In this document: positions 1-9,097 of the stretch, piece by piece
Position numbering within the stretch: position 1 is the stretch's first letter
Layout: each line of letters starts with the position of its first letter
DNA from: an uncultured archaeon
Lineage (GTDB): Archaea > Nanobdellota > Nanobdellia > Pacearchaeales > GW2011-AR1
Direction of reading: 5' to 3'
Length of the DNA: 64,000 bases
NCBI GenBank assembly: GCA_902385635.1
Contig: CABMGN010000002.1
Coordinates: 18,092 to 82,091, forward strand
The notes under the pieces: generated by a model
Told to the model about the DNA's origin: nothing
Databases searched by the model: none
The model's input: the letters and a program-made list of their open reading frames with translations, nothing else
Made by a program: the position numbers and the translations under genes

Positions 1-119
1 CCACTAACTGTTTGTTTTACTAATCCTCTACCGTTGCATCCTCTCGTAGGACAAGTACCTCTTTGTGATCTATACCAAATACATTCTGTTCTTTCATATA
101 ACTGTGCGCCTTCTACCAT
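1..119 (-). CDS. hypothetical Cys-rich protein, N-terminal part only (runs off window start)
   Basis: ATG at 119-117 lies 6 nt after AAGAGGA. It translates MVEGAQLYERTECIWYRSQRGTCPTRGCNGRGLVKQTVS with no stop to position 1. It is below the ORF-track length cut-off and no family is recognised. Confidence 0.3.
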   Translation of the reverse strand, partial: MVEGAQLYERTECIWYRSQRGTCPTRGCNGRGLVKQTVS

Positions 120-165
120 TAAAGTCCTCTTTAGTTTAGGTTAATAAAGATTTTGGTTATATAAA

Positions 166-238
166 AGCCTCCGACGGGGATTGAACCCGTGACCCCCACT
201 TTACGAAAGTGGTGCTCTACCAACTGAGCTACGGAGGC
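166..238 (-). tRNA. tRNA-Thr (anticodon CGU)
   Basis: The reverse complement folds as a cloverleaf: acceptor GCCTCCG/CGGAGGC, D arm GCTC-AGTTGGTA-GAGC, anticodon arm CCACT-TTCGTAA-AGTGG, T arm ACGGG-TTCAATC-CCCGT. Confidence 0.9.
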
Positions 239-320
239 TTCTATACTATATAATAATCTTGTTTTAAAAAGGAGAATCTTCTTTATGAAATAATCCTTGA
301 ATTCTTTTTATTCAAAAAAC

Positions 321-328
321 TTTAAATA
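321..328 (+). promoter_or_regulatory. TATA-box-like element upstream of rubrerythrin (leaderless-type spacing)
   Basis: TTTAAATA lies 22-29 nt upstream of the ATG at 350, with no Shine-Dalgarno sequence between. Confidence 0.45.
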
Positions 329-349
329 GATCTATTCTTTTGAGATACT

Positions 350-922
350 ATGAATCTAAAGGGGAGTGAGACTGAGAAGAATCTTCTGAAGGCTTTTGCT
401 GGTGAGAGTCAGGCAAGAAATCGTTATACTTATTTTGCTTCTGTGGCTAAGAAAGCTGGTTTTGAACAAATAGCTGGGGTCTTTTTAGAAACAGCAGATA
501 ACGAAAAAGAACATGCAAAGATTTTTTTTGGATATTTAGAAGGAAGAGATTTGGAAATTACTGCAACTTATCCTGCTGGGAAAATTGGAACAACTGCTGA
601 AAATCTTTTGGCTGCTGCTGAGGGAGAAAAATTAGAGTGGGGAAAACTTTATCCTGATTTTGAGAAGGTTGCGAGAAAGGAGGGATTCAAAGAAATTGCA
701 GATTCTTTTAAGGAAATCGCGGAGGTTGAGCAGGAACACGAAAAGAGATATAGAAAACTTTTAGAGAATGTTAAGAACGGAAAAGTTTTCAAGAAGGATA
801 AAGTTGTAAAATGGAAGTGTAGAAATTGTGGTTATGTTCAAGAAGGTAAAGAAGCTCCAGATAAATGTCCTGCTTGTAAACATCCTCGTGCATATTACGA
901 AGTTGAAGAAGAGAATTACTAA
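350..922 (+). CDS. rbr: rubrerythrin
   Basis: Ferritin-like diiron motifs are present (ESQARNRY, EKEHAKIF, EGEKLEW, EQEHEKRY). The C-terminus has a rubredoxin-type CRNCG...CPACK pair. Confidence 0.9.
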   Translation: MNLKGSETEKNLLKAFAGESQARNRYTYFASVAKKAGFEQIAGVFLETADNEKEHAKIFFGYLEGRDLEITATYPAGKIGTTAENLLAAAEGEKLEWGKLYPDFEKVARKEGFKEIADSFKEIAEVEQEHEKRYRKLLENVKNGKVFKKDKVVKWKCRNCGYVQEGKEAPDKCPACKHPRAYYEVEEENY

Positions 923-929
923 TTTTAAA

Positions 930-1178
930 ATGAAAAAGAAACTTTGGTTTAAGGCAAAATGTTACGGCTGGGGATGGTATCCTTCAACTTGGCAAGGATG
1001 GTTAGCAATCCTAATCTGGCTTGTTTTAATTCTTCTCTGGATTTTTTTATTTAACACTTATTATTCTATTGAAGCTAATATCTGGGAGTACCTTTTAGGA
1101 ATTTTTATTCTTACAGCAATTTTGATTCTGTTCTGTTGGAGAACCGGTGAAAAACCTAGATGGAGATGGGGCAAGTAA
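930..1178 (+). CDS. small membrane protein (2 TM), Trp-rich
   Basis: The track ORF 828..1178 overlaps the rbr 3' end, so I moved the start to ATG 930, just after the rbr stop. Product begins MKKKLWFKAKCYGWGWYPSTWQGWLAILIWLVLILLW. Confidence 0.5.
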   Translation: MKKKLWFKAKCYGWGWYPSTWQGWLAILIWLVLILLWIFLFNTYYSIEANIWEYLLGIFILTAILILFCWRTGEKPRWRWGK

Positions 1179-1217
1179 GATAATAATCCTTAAAAACAGG
1201 TGTTTAATTCTAAAGTT

Positions 1218-1523
1218 ATGAGTAAAATCCCGTATTTGGTTGGTGGGGGACTTGCTGTTCTTGTAGGGATAGATTGTTATTTTGGAACTCCTGTTGGAAC
1301 TTGGCTTGCTGAACATGCTAGGGTTGCTATAGATAACAAACATTTTCTTGATGGAACTTTCTATTGGAGAATTCCTTTTACTGGAAAGATAATGCCTGAT
1401 CGCACTACTGCACAACTTTTAGAAGGAATCGTTCTACTCACGGACGTATACATACTCGGAACTAGTCTTAAAGACCAGCTTGCTCATAGAAATGTTTTGA
1501 GACGATTATCTAGGGAAGATTAA
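1218..1523 (+). CDS. hypothetical protein with N-terminal TM anchor, atypical composition
   Basis: ATG at 1218 (the track starts at GTG 1200). It has an N-terminal hydrophobic segment IPYLVGGGLAVLVGIDCYF. No family recognised. Confidence 0.45.
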   Translation: MSKIPYLVGGGLAVLVGIDCYFGTPVGTWLAEHARVAIDNKHFLDGTFYWRIPFTGKIMPDRTTAQLLEGIVLLTDVYILGTSLKDQLAHRNVLRRLSRED

Positions 1524-1568
1524 TCTTAGTATAATAATATTTAAGAATGGAGTTTTTATCTTATTTTT

Positions 1569-2135
1569 ATGTTACTTAGACCTTACGGAGAACAGAGACC
1601 TTTGGAAGATTTGAATGACGCGAGATGGATACTTGTGGGCCTTTCTACTAGCTCCAAGATTGTTTCTCCTTTTATTCTAGCTATTCCTTCTGGAGAGTTA
1701 TATCAAGGAAGATTTAAGAATCAGAGTTATGGATTAAAGTTAAATGATGGTCTTTTGGCTCCGGCTTTATGGGAAGGGTACCAGTTTGTTCTTCCAACGC
1801 AAGGCCCTTCTTTGGGTTTAGCTGTTCCTGAAGTTTCTCCGAGGGGCATGAGTATTAGTCCATTTACTTGGCAACATGGCGGACCTAACGGATATGATGT
1901 AGTTAGTGATGTTACGGGGGTTTATGTTGGACATGAAGAGGTTATGAGGGCTTTGAGAATGCACGAGAATACAGCTATGGGTTTCTGGGCGCAGTTAATA
2001 GAGAAAGGTGAACTTCTTGTATCTCGCGGAAGAATAGGTCGTGCATTAGATTCTTTAGCGGGAAATTTTGTTCCAAGGTTTAAAAGAGAACACTACCCTG
2101 TTGAGACATTTCAACCAATTATTGTCGCACCTTGA
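1569..2135 (+). CDS. hypothetical protein, Gly/Pro/Arg/Trp-rich orphan
   Basis: 188-aa ORF with no competing ORF. Local GC is about 42% by hand count (1621-1680) versus about 25% in argS. No family recognised. Confidence 0.5.
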   Translation: MLLRPYGEQRPLEDLNDARWILVGLSTSSKIVSPFILAIPSGELYQGRFKNQSYGLKLNDGLLAPALWEGYQFVLPTQGPSLGLAVPEVSPRGMSISPFTWQHGGPNGYDVVSDVTGVYVGHEEVMRALRMHENTAMGFWAQLIEKGELLVSRGRIGRALDSLAGNFVPRFKREHYPVETFQPIIVAP

Positions 2136-2141
2136 ATAGAA

Positions 2142-3056
2142 TTAGTTTTCTAAATCTTTTAAATAATTATAAGCTGCTTTAGCTGCAATCGCCCCTTGGC
2201 CGGATGCAACTACAACTTGTTTGAGTTTGTGATGTGTTATGTCTCCTGCTGCAAAAATTCCTTTTACAGAAGTACTCATTTCTTCGTCGACAATTATGTA
2301 CCCTTCTTTGTCTAACTTTACATTTAGCTCTTTCAAAAAATTTGTTAGAGGTGTTGCACCGACTTCTACAAAAATTCCATCAAGTTTTATTTCTTGTTTT
2401 TTCCCTTTCTGACTTATTTCTAGTGATTCTACTTTATCTTTTCCGTTTATTTTTGTAGGAATTGCACTGTAAATCACTTCTGCATTTTTTTTGTCTTCAA
2501 TTCTTTCTGTTGTTAACTCTTCACAGCGTAATTTTTCTCCCCTGTAAATGACATAAACCTTTTTTGCTAGGTCTGTTAGTGCTAGAGCGGAGGTTGCTGC
2601 ACAATCACTTCCCCCAATAACCCCGACTGTTTTTCCTTTGAAAAAAAACGCATCACATGTTACGCAATATGAAACTCCTTTTCCAGTAAGTTCTTGTTCG
2701 CCGGGAATGTTTAGTTTTCTTCTTTCTGTTCCTGTTGCTAGAATTAATGCTTTGCAAGAGAACTCATCTTTTTTTGTTTTTATTATAAATAAATCTTTTT
2801 CCTTTTTTACTGATTCAACATCTTTTGTCATTATTTTTATTCCTTCATACTTTTTTAACTGGTCGTAGAACTGTTTCATTAGCGCTGCTCCGTTTCCAGA
2901 GTATCCGGGCCAGTTTTCTAGAGAGAGAATTGAGTTTGCTGTTCATCCAACGTCCTTGCTTATTACTGCTGTTTTTAATCCATTCCTTATTGAGTACAAG
3001 CCTGCTGTTAGCCCCGCTGGTCCTGCACCGAGAATTATTACATCATAGGATTCCAT
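2142..3056 (-). pseudogene. trxB: thioredoxin-disulfide reductase, single reading frame interrupted by in-frame TGA at codon 38
   Basis: ATG 3056 gives MESYDVIILGAGPAGLTAGLYS...KDVG, then TGA (2945-2943). The same frame continues TANSILSLENWPGYSGNGAALMKQFY into track ORF 2142..2879, which carries the CVTC redox motif and a second GxGxxA/G fold (VGVIGGSDCA). Confidence 0.8.
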
Positions 3057-3096
3057 CAGTAGAAAAAGAGTTGGTAGTTTTTAAGGATTGTGAAAT

Positions 3097-3666
3097 TTAG
3101 AGCTGCATATCAACTAGAAAATGAGGGTAACCTTTTGGAGGATTGTTAATATAATGATCAAGGGTCATTCCTTTACCTAACTGATGTTCTCCTTCTAATC
3201 CAAGAATTACACTTCCATCTCTGCAAGTTACGCCGTGTTCTCCTTTTAAGAAAGACTTTAAACTTCTCACAATTTTTCCGTTTCTTGTTACCATAACAGA
3301 TATTTCTGGATTTCCGGGCCAATTTTTTTTATCAAAACCCCTATATCCTAACCAGTCGATCATTTTCTCTCCTTGGCCAGTAGCCCAGGCTATTCCAACC
3401 ATAAAATCAAATGCTTGTCTATTAAACCCTAACATCCACCACGGATTTTTGTCAAAAACTCGTTTGAAGTGAGAAACTGCTTGAGGAAGGTAAGGATTTA
3501 CAGCATTAACGTCTCTAAATTGATTTGCATTCAGGGGATGACACATATACTCATTATCTTCTACTCTTCCGAAATGTTGTAAGTTGTTACCGTGAACGTA
3601 GAGTCTTCCGTGTGGTGCATAATGGCACGGAAAGTTAAATCTTGCTACTATATTTGGTTCTGCCAT
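3097..3666 (-). CDS. hypothetical protein, His/Trp/Gly/Pro-rich orphan
   Basis: 189-aa ORF lying 41 nt upstream of the trxB start on the same strand. No family recognised. Confidence 0.55.
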   Translation of the reverse strand: MAEPNIVARFNFPCHYAPHGRLYVHGNNLQHFGRVEDNEYMCHPLNANQFRDVNAVNPYLPQAVSHFKRVFDKNPWWMLGFNRQAFDFMVGIAWATGQGEKMIDWLGYRGFDKKNWPGNPEISVMVTRNGKIVRSLKSFLKGEHGVTCRDGSVILGLEGEHQLGKGMTLDHYINNPPKGYPHFLVDMQL

Positions 3667-3696
3667 GTTTTCTTTGACTTTTGTGAATATTTAAAT

Positions 3697-4413
3697 TTAT
3701 GCAAACACAACTTTTCTTGCTTCGTCCTGACTTAAAATGAAAAGTTTCCCAAAATCATCTTTAGCTAGTTGTTCATACATTTTAGCGATTCTGGGATGAA
3801 ACATTTTTCCCATTGAGTAGTAAGCATCGTCTAGAACTGTTGAGCTCTTTGCATCCCAAATTTCTACAACTTTTCGCTGGATCCCCCTTTCTTCTTTCCA
3901 TTCTCTCGGAAAATTTAGGTGTAATACTCCTCCTAACTTAGAGTTCATTCCTTGATTAAAATATTCTTCTAGAGCTTCTTTTAATGTTGCTTCATACTGA
4001 TTAATTGTCTGTACTATTGGGTCTGACTTCCATTGTTCTTTTAATCTTTCTACCGCTTCTACTGGAATCCCTTTTGGGGTCCTATAAAGGGGGGCATCTA
4101 CTTCGTTTGGTGCGACAATTCTCTGATCTGGAACAATTATTGGCGAATCTTCTGTTATTGCTCCTTTTGTATGCTCTAGTATGGATAAGTGTGCCCTCAA
4201 CATCGCTCCCGGGATAGAAGCCATAAGTGCGTATTTACTCTTAGGTCTTTCTTCTGGTTCCATTTCATATCCGTCATTTAAGAGGACCTCCTGAAGTATA
4301 GGGTCAGTTAGAAGTCTGTCTCCGAACTCTCCAACTAAATTATGCAAGGCTCCAACCCTTTCTATTGTTGTATCTCTCAACCAAAGAGGGTATTCTTCTA
4401 GTCTTCTTATCAT
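3697..4413 (-). CDS. hypothetical protein, orphan
   Basis: 238-aa ORF, 30 nt upstream of 3097..3666 on the same strand. No family recognised. Confidence 0.55.
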   Translation of the reverse strand: MIRRLEEYPLWLRDTTIERVGALHNLVGEFGDRLLTDPILQEVLLNDGYEMEPEERPKSKYALMASIPGAMLRAHLSILEHTKGAITEDSPIIVPDQRIVAPNEVDAPLYRTPKGIPVEAVERLKEQWKSDPIVQTINQYEATLKEALEEYFNQGMNSKLGGVLHLNFPREWKEERGIQRKVVEIWDAKSSTVLDDAYYSMGKMFHPRIAKMYEQLAKDDFGKLFILSQDEARKVVFA

Positions 4414-4461
4414 TTAAATTCATCTTTCTCGAAGCTTTTAACTTTTTCTATAGTGCAAAAT

Positions 4462-4470
4462 CTTTATTAA
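4462..4470 (+). promoter_or_regulatory. TATA-box-like element upstream of argS
   Basis: CTTTATTAA lies about 22-30 nt upstream of ATG 4492. Confidence 0.4.
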
Positions 4471-4491
4471 TGTGCCTTGGCTATTCTCTTT

Positions 4492-6198
4492 ATGAAGCTA
4501 GAAATTGCTAAGATTATTTTTGGATTTTTAAGTAAAAGGGGAGTTAAATTAGATAAGGATTCTATTGAGAAGTTAATTGAGATTCCTCCAAACTCGGAGA
4601 TGGGTGATTTTGCTTTTCCGTGTTTTGTTCTTGCTAAGGATTTAAGGAAAGCTCCGCAACAGATTGCGGAGGATTTGGCTGTTGAGATTAGTAAGTCTAA
4701 GAATAACTTTGAAAAAGTTCAAGCACAAGGACCGTATGTTAATTTCTTTGTTAAGAGGGGAAACTTTGCTGAAGATACAATAAAAACTATCCTGAAGGAG
4801 AAGGGAAAGTACGGAATGGGAACTCAGAAAGGAAAAGTTATGACTGAATTTTGTCATGCGAATACACATAAAGCTTTTCATATCGGACATACAAGGAATA
4901 TCTCTTTAGGAGAGTCTGTTTCAAGAATTCTGGAGTTTTCGGGGTTGAAGGTAATTAGAACAAATTATCAGGGAGATATTGGAATGCATGTTGCTAAAAC
5001 TCTTTGGGGTTTGTTGAATCTTAAGAAGATCGGTTTGAAGGAGCCTACAAAAGATAAAGGAAAGTGGCTTGGACTTGTTTATGCAAAAGCTAGCGCAATG
5101 GCTAAAGATGAAAAGATCAATGCTGAAGTTAATGAAATTAATCAAAAGTTGTATGCTGGAGATAAAAAGTTAATTGCTCTTTGGAAAAAGACACGACAGT
5201 GGAGTATTGATTACTTTGAGAAGACTGTTTACCCTGATTTCCAAGTTAAGTTTAATAGATTTTATTTTGAATCTGAAGTTGAAAAGAAGGGAATAAGTAT
5301 TGTTAAAGAACTGGAGAAAAAAGGAGTTGCTAAGGTTGATCGGGGTGCGGTAATTATGGACTATCAGGAGCAAGGGATGGGTATCTACATCTTGTTAAAA
5401 TCAGACGGGACTCCTCTTTATTCAACAAAGGATTTGGCTCTTGCTGAATTGCAGAACAAAGAGTACAACCCGGATAAAATTCTACATATTGTTGCATCTG
5501 AACAGAATCTTTATTTTAGGCAGTTGATTAAGACTCTTGAGTTTTATGATAAGAAATTAGCTGACAAAGAGAAACATATGTCTTATGAGCTAGTTATTTT
5601 ACCCTCCGGAAAGATGGCTTCGCGTGAAGGAAATGTTATTCTTTATGATGATACACTCGCTAAGTTAATTAGTCTTATTGAAAAAGAGATTAAGCAAAGA
5701 GATTCTAAGATTTCAAAAAAAGAACTTGATACAAGAGCTAGGAAGATTGCTTTGTGTGCTGTGAAATATGCTATGCTCTCGCAGGATATTAAGAGAACAA
5801 TTGTTTTTAATGAAGAAGAGATTACAAGATTTGATGGAAATACCGGGCCATATATTCAGTATTCGTACGCACGTGCTAGTTCTATTTTGAAGAAGGTTAA
5901 GCAGAAGAATTTCCAGAAGTTTAAGGTTGGAGAACTAGAGAAGCACGAGATTGAATTGTCTAAGAAACTTTCAGAATTTGGGGATGTTGCAAGAGACGCT
6001 GCCGAGAAGTATAATCCTGCTTTGATTGCACATTATTCTTATGAATTGGCTCAGATGTTTAGTGAGTTTTATCACACTTGTCCTGTTTTGCAGGATGAGA
6101 AGAAGAAAGATTTCAGATTGGCGTTAGTTGAGAGTTTCAGGGTTGTCTTGAAAAATTCGTTGAATCTCTTGGGAATTGAAACTTTAGAAGAGATGTAA
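4492..6198 (+). CDS. argS: arginine--tRNA ligase
   Basis: Class I HIGH-type motif (ANTHKAFHIGHTRN), the N-terminal Arg-tRNA synthetase add-on domain and the C-terminal DALR-type anticodon domain are present. ATG 4492 is preferred over the track TTG at 4477. Confidence 0.9.
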   Translation: MKLEIAKIIFGFLSKRGVKLDKDSIEKLIEIPPNSEMGDFAFPCFVLAKDLRKAPQQIAEDLAVEISKSKNNFEKVQAQGPYVNFFVKRGNFAEDTIKTILKEKGKYGMGTQKGKVMTEFCHANTHKAFHIGHTRNISLGESVSRILEFSGLKVIRTNYQGDIGMHVAKTLWGLLNLKKIGLKEPTKDKGKWLGLVYAKASAMAKDEKINAEVNEINQKLYAGDKKLIALWKKTRQWSIDYFEKTVYPDFQVKFNRFYFESEVEKKGISIVKELEKKGVAKVDRGAVIMDYQEQGMGIYILLKSDGTPLYSTKDLALAELQNKEYNPDKILHIVASEQNLYFRQLIKTLEFYDKKLADKEKHMSYELVILPSGKMASREGNVILYDDTLAKLISLIEKEIKQRDSKISKKELDTRARKIALCAVKYAMLSQDIKRTIVFNEEEITRFDGNTGPYIQYSYARASSILKKVKQKNFQKFKVGELEKHEIELSKKLSEFGDVARDAAEKYNPALIAHYSYELAQMFSEFYHTCPVLQDEKKKDFRLALVESFRVVLKNSLNLLGIETLEEM

Positions 6199-6229
6199 TT
6201 CTTTTAAACCCCATATCATTTTCTCTTTT

Positions 6230-7519
6230 ATGTTAGAAATTTATTTTGAAACCTATGGCTGTTCAGCTAATAAAAATTCATCTGAGATTATGAAGGGGAT
6301 TGTGAAATCTGCTGGATTAAATTTAATTGAGAATCCGGAGAGGGCGGATTTTGTTGTAATTAATTCGTGTATTGTTAAGGAACCTACTGAAGCTAAAATA
6401 AAGAAGAGAATTAATGATTTTTTGAAGAAGGATAAAAAAGTTATTCTTGCGGGTTGTATGCCTAGATTAAGCGAGAAGAAGTTTGCTCATGTGAACAATT
6501 TATTTTTGATTGATACAAGTCAAGTAAAAAACATTGTTAATTTAATTAAAGATATTCAAGAAGGAAATTATACTTCTGAAAAGTATCTTAAGAAGAGAAA
6601 TGAGGTTAAGTTGAATTCTCCGAAGATTTCTGAAGAAAGGATAATAGGAATTACTCAGATCTCTGAAGGCTGTCTGGGTGAGTGTAAGTATTGTATAACG
6701 AAAGTTGCTAAAGGCAAACTTTTCTCTTATCCCCTTGAAGAAATTGTAAAAAATGTTCAGAGAGATGTTGATTCTGGATGTAAAGAGATTTGGTTGACTT
6801 CACAGGACTGTGCTTCGTACGGGAATGAGGATGGAAAGTACTTGTTTCCAGAATTATTAAGGAATATCATTGAGATTAAGGGAGACTTTTTTATTAGAAT
6901 TGGAATGATGAACCCAAATAATGTCCTGAAGATTCTCCCAGAACTTATTGAATTATATAAGAATACAAAAATGTTTAAGTTTCTACATATACCTATTCAA
7001 TCTGGAAGTGATAAAGTCCTTAAGGAGATGGGTAGAAACTATAAGATTGCTGATGTTATGAAGATTGTCAAAGAATTTAAGAAAAACTTTCCGGATGGAG
7101 TTATTGCTACTGATATTATTGTGGGTTACCCTGGAGAAACCGAGAGAGATTTTAAGGAAACCTATGATTTGATTCAAGAAATAAAACCAGAGATTCTTAA
7201 CTCAAGCAAGTTTTGGCCTCGCTCTGGAACTCCGGCCGCAAGGCTAAAGCAAGTTGATAGAAGTATTGTAATCAAGAGGGTTTCTAAATTAATGAAATTG
7301 CACTTAGACATTTGTAATGAGAATCAACTTAGGTGGAAATATCTAGAAACAGATGTTTTGATTGATCAGAAAGGGTTTCCGGGAACTTTCTTAGCACGAG
7401 ATAAAAATTATAGGTTGTTTGGAGTCCAGACAACAAATAAGAACCTTTTAGGAAAGGTTGTTAAGGTTAAAGTTAAGAAGGTATTGCCCCATTATTTGGT
7501 TAGTGAGGTAAAAACATGA
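6230..7519 (+). CDS. radical SAM methylthiotransferase, MiaB/MtaB (CDKAL1-like) family with C-terminal TRAM domain
   Basis: N-terminal UPF0004 motif YFETYGCSANKNSSE, radical SAM CLGECKYC, and a C-terminal beta-rich TRAM-like end. Confidence 0.85.
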   Translation: MLEIYFETYGCSANKNSSEIMKGIVKSAGLNLIENPERADFVVINSCIVKEPTEAKIKKRINDFLKKDKKVILAGCMPRLSEKKFAHVNNLFLIDTSQVKNIVNLIKDIQEGNYTSEKYLKKRNEVKLNSPKISEERIIGITQISEGCLGECKYCITKVAKGKLFSYPLEEIVKNVQRDVDSGCKEIWLTSQDCASYGNEDGKYLFPELLRNIIEIKGDFFIRIGMMNPNNVLKILPELIELYKNTKMFKFLHIPIQSGSDKVLKEMGRNYKIADVMKIVKEFKKNFPDGVIATDIIVGYPGETERDFKETYDLIQEIKPEILNSSKFWPRSGTPAARLKQVDRSIVIKRVSKLMKLHLDICNENQLRWKYLETDVLIDQKGFPGTFLARDKNYRLFGVQTTNKNLLGKVVKVKVKKVLPHYLVSEVKT

Positions 7520-8358
7520 GAATAGGATCTCTTAAGCTAAAAAATAGAATCTTCTTGGCTCCAATGGAGGAGATTAACGATCCCGCGTTTAGAATGCTTT
7601 GTAAGAAAGCCGGAGCGGGGTTGACTTATACTGGATTGTCAAGTCCGTTGAACCCGAAAGAGTTAACTTTAGACGATAAACCCGCTTTGCAAATTTTCTG
7701 TACTTCTGAAAAAGGAGTTAAGGATTTTATTAAAAAGTATGATAAGAAAGTTAGTTTGTGGGACTTTAATCTTGGTTGTCCTTCTAAGTTAGCAAAGAAA
7801 CATGGCTTTGGGGTATTTATGCATGAGGATTTAGAATCAATCGAACAAATTTTAAAAGTGATGAAAGAGTCAACTAAGAAACCTGTTACAATTAAGATAA
7901 GAAAATCTCCTAAAACTCTTGAGATAATTAAGATTGCAGAAAAGTATTGCGACGCAATCGGAATTCATCCTAGAACACAGGCTCAGGGTTACTCTGGAAA
8001 GCCTGATTTAGATTTTTCTCTGAAAGTTAAAGAGATGACAAGGTTACCAGTCATTTACTCTGGAGATGTCAATGAAAAGAACTACAGAGAACTTTTGAGA
8101 AAGTTTGATTTTGTTATGGTTGGAAGAGCGGCAATTGGGAGACCAAACATTTTTGTAAAGATGACTGGTAAAAAGATGAGAGATATTACTTTCAAGAATT
8201 ACCTAAAATTAGCCGAGAAGTATAAACTTTACTTCAGGCAGATTAAGTTTCAGGCAATGAATTTCACAAAAGATCAGAAAGATGCAAAGAAACTGAGATT
8301 GAAGATTTTTGAAGCGAAAAGCTTAGAGGAACTGAAAAAGATACTCCTTTTGAGTTAA
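7516..8358 (+). CDS. dus: tRNA-dihydrouridine synthase-like flavoprotein
   Basis: FLAPMEEINDPAFRMLCKKAGAG matches the Dus N-terminal signature, followed by a TIM-barrel-like remainder. It overlaps the preceding gene by ATGA. Confidence 0.7.
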   Translation: MRIGSLKLKNRIFLAPMEEINDPAFRMLCKKAGAGLTYTGLSSPLNPKELTLDDKPALQIFCTSEKGVKDFIKKYDKKVSLWDFNLGCPSKLAKKHGFGVFMHEDLESIEQILKVMKESTKKPVTIKIRKSPKTLEIIKIAEKYCDAIGIHPRTQAQGYSGKPDLDFSLKVKEMTRLPVIYSGDVNEKNYRELLRKFDFVMVGRAAIGRPNIFVKMTGKKMRDITFKNYLKLAEKYKLYFRQIKFQAMNFTKDQKDAKKLRLKIFEAKSLEELKKILLLS

Positions 8359-8400
8359 TATAAAGGAAAAATTTAAAAAGTTCTTTCTTGAGTCCTTTTA

Positions 8401-8706
8401 ATGGGTCAATTCACTTTTAATCGAGTAGTTGGTATTGTTCATACTCTGGCAAGTGACCCTGCTCTTTCGGTAGATAATCTTCTAGAGAAACTTTGTGCGG
8501 GAACCGGTTTCTCTCCAAAAGATCTATTGGGAAGAAGTAAGTCACAAAGTGTCGCTTCTTTAAGACAAGGAGCTTACTATCTTTTACATGAAAAGCTTGG
8601 ATTGAGCCATCCCGAAACTGCTAGATTTATGGGTAGAAAAGACCATACAACTTCTTTGTACGGTGTTAGAAAAATTAGTGGCGGTCTTGAAGCTTATGCT
8701 CATTAA
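8401..8706 (+). CDS. stand-alone bacterial DnaA domain IV (Bac_DnaA_C helix-turn-helix) protein
   Basis: LLGRSKSQSVASLRQGAYYLLHEKLGLSHPETARFMGRKDHTTSLYGVRKI matches the DnaA C-terminal signature (RSRSVARPRQ.AMYL...LPEIG..FGGRDHTTV.HA.RKI). There is no AAA+ domain. Confidence 0.7.
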   Translation: MGQFTFNRVVGIVHTLASDPALSVDNLLEKLCAGTGFSPKDLLGRSKSQSVASLRQGAYYLLHEKLGLSHPETARFMGRKDHTTSLYGVRKISGGLEAYAH

Positions 8707-8743
8707 AGGTAGTTTTTTAAAGGATACTCCTAGTTGAAGGTTT

Positions 8744-9097
8744 ATGTTAGACAATAAGTATATTGGAGTTTATCACGTTACTGTTGATCCCAAAGGAAGA
8801 ATAAACTTACCTAAAAAATTTAGACGGAACGGAGTTAATATTTATTATTCACGCCCATCTCCTTCTGTTAAGGGGTTTCTTCTTTATCCAGAACCTACTT
8901 TTGAGGAAATAGTTGAAGGATTGGAGAATCTCCCAGAAGATGATCCTATCCGAGTAAGCTTTGCTGAATCCCGAGAAATTAAGGTAGATTCGGCAAGTAG
9001 GATGAATATAGCTAGATTGGACTTAGGAGACCGGGTGACTATGCTTGGAAATCTTAACTGTCTAATTTTAAGAAAAGCTGAGAAAAAGAAAGAATGA
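8744..9097 (+). CDS. mraZ: MraZ-family (tandem AbrB/SpoVT-like) DNA-binding protein
   Basis: First repeat is VDPKGRINLPKKFR (the DxKGRxxxP motif). The linker LLYPEPTFEEIVEGL resembles E. coli MraZ LLLYPLPEWEII. The second repeat is VDSASRMNIARLDLGDRVTMLGN. Confidence 0.7.
   Translation: MLDNKYIGVYHVTVDPKGRINLPKKFRRNGVNIYYSRPSPSVKGFLLYPEPTFEEIVEGLENLPEDDPIRVSFAESREIKVDSASRMNIARLDLGDRVTMLGNLNCLILRKAEKKKE

Noticed and set aside
828-929. N-terminal extension of the small membrane ORF overlapping the rubrerythrin 3' end
   Set aside because: The extension lies inside rbr in another frame. ATG 930 directly follows the rbr stop and begins the hydrophobic protein.
2943-2945. Selenocysteine at the trxB TGA
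   Set aside because: The codon aligns with a structural Gly of the FAD-binding GGQ motif, not with a redox Cys. The CVTC centre is encoded normally, and I saw no SECIS-like hairpin.
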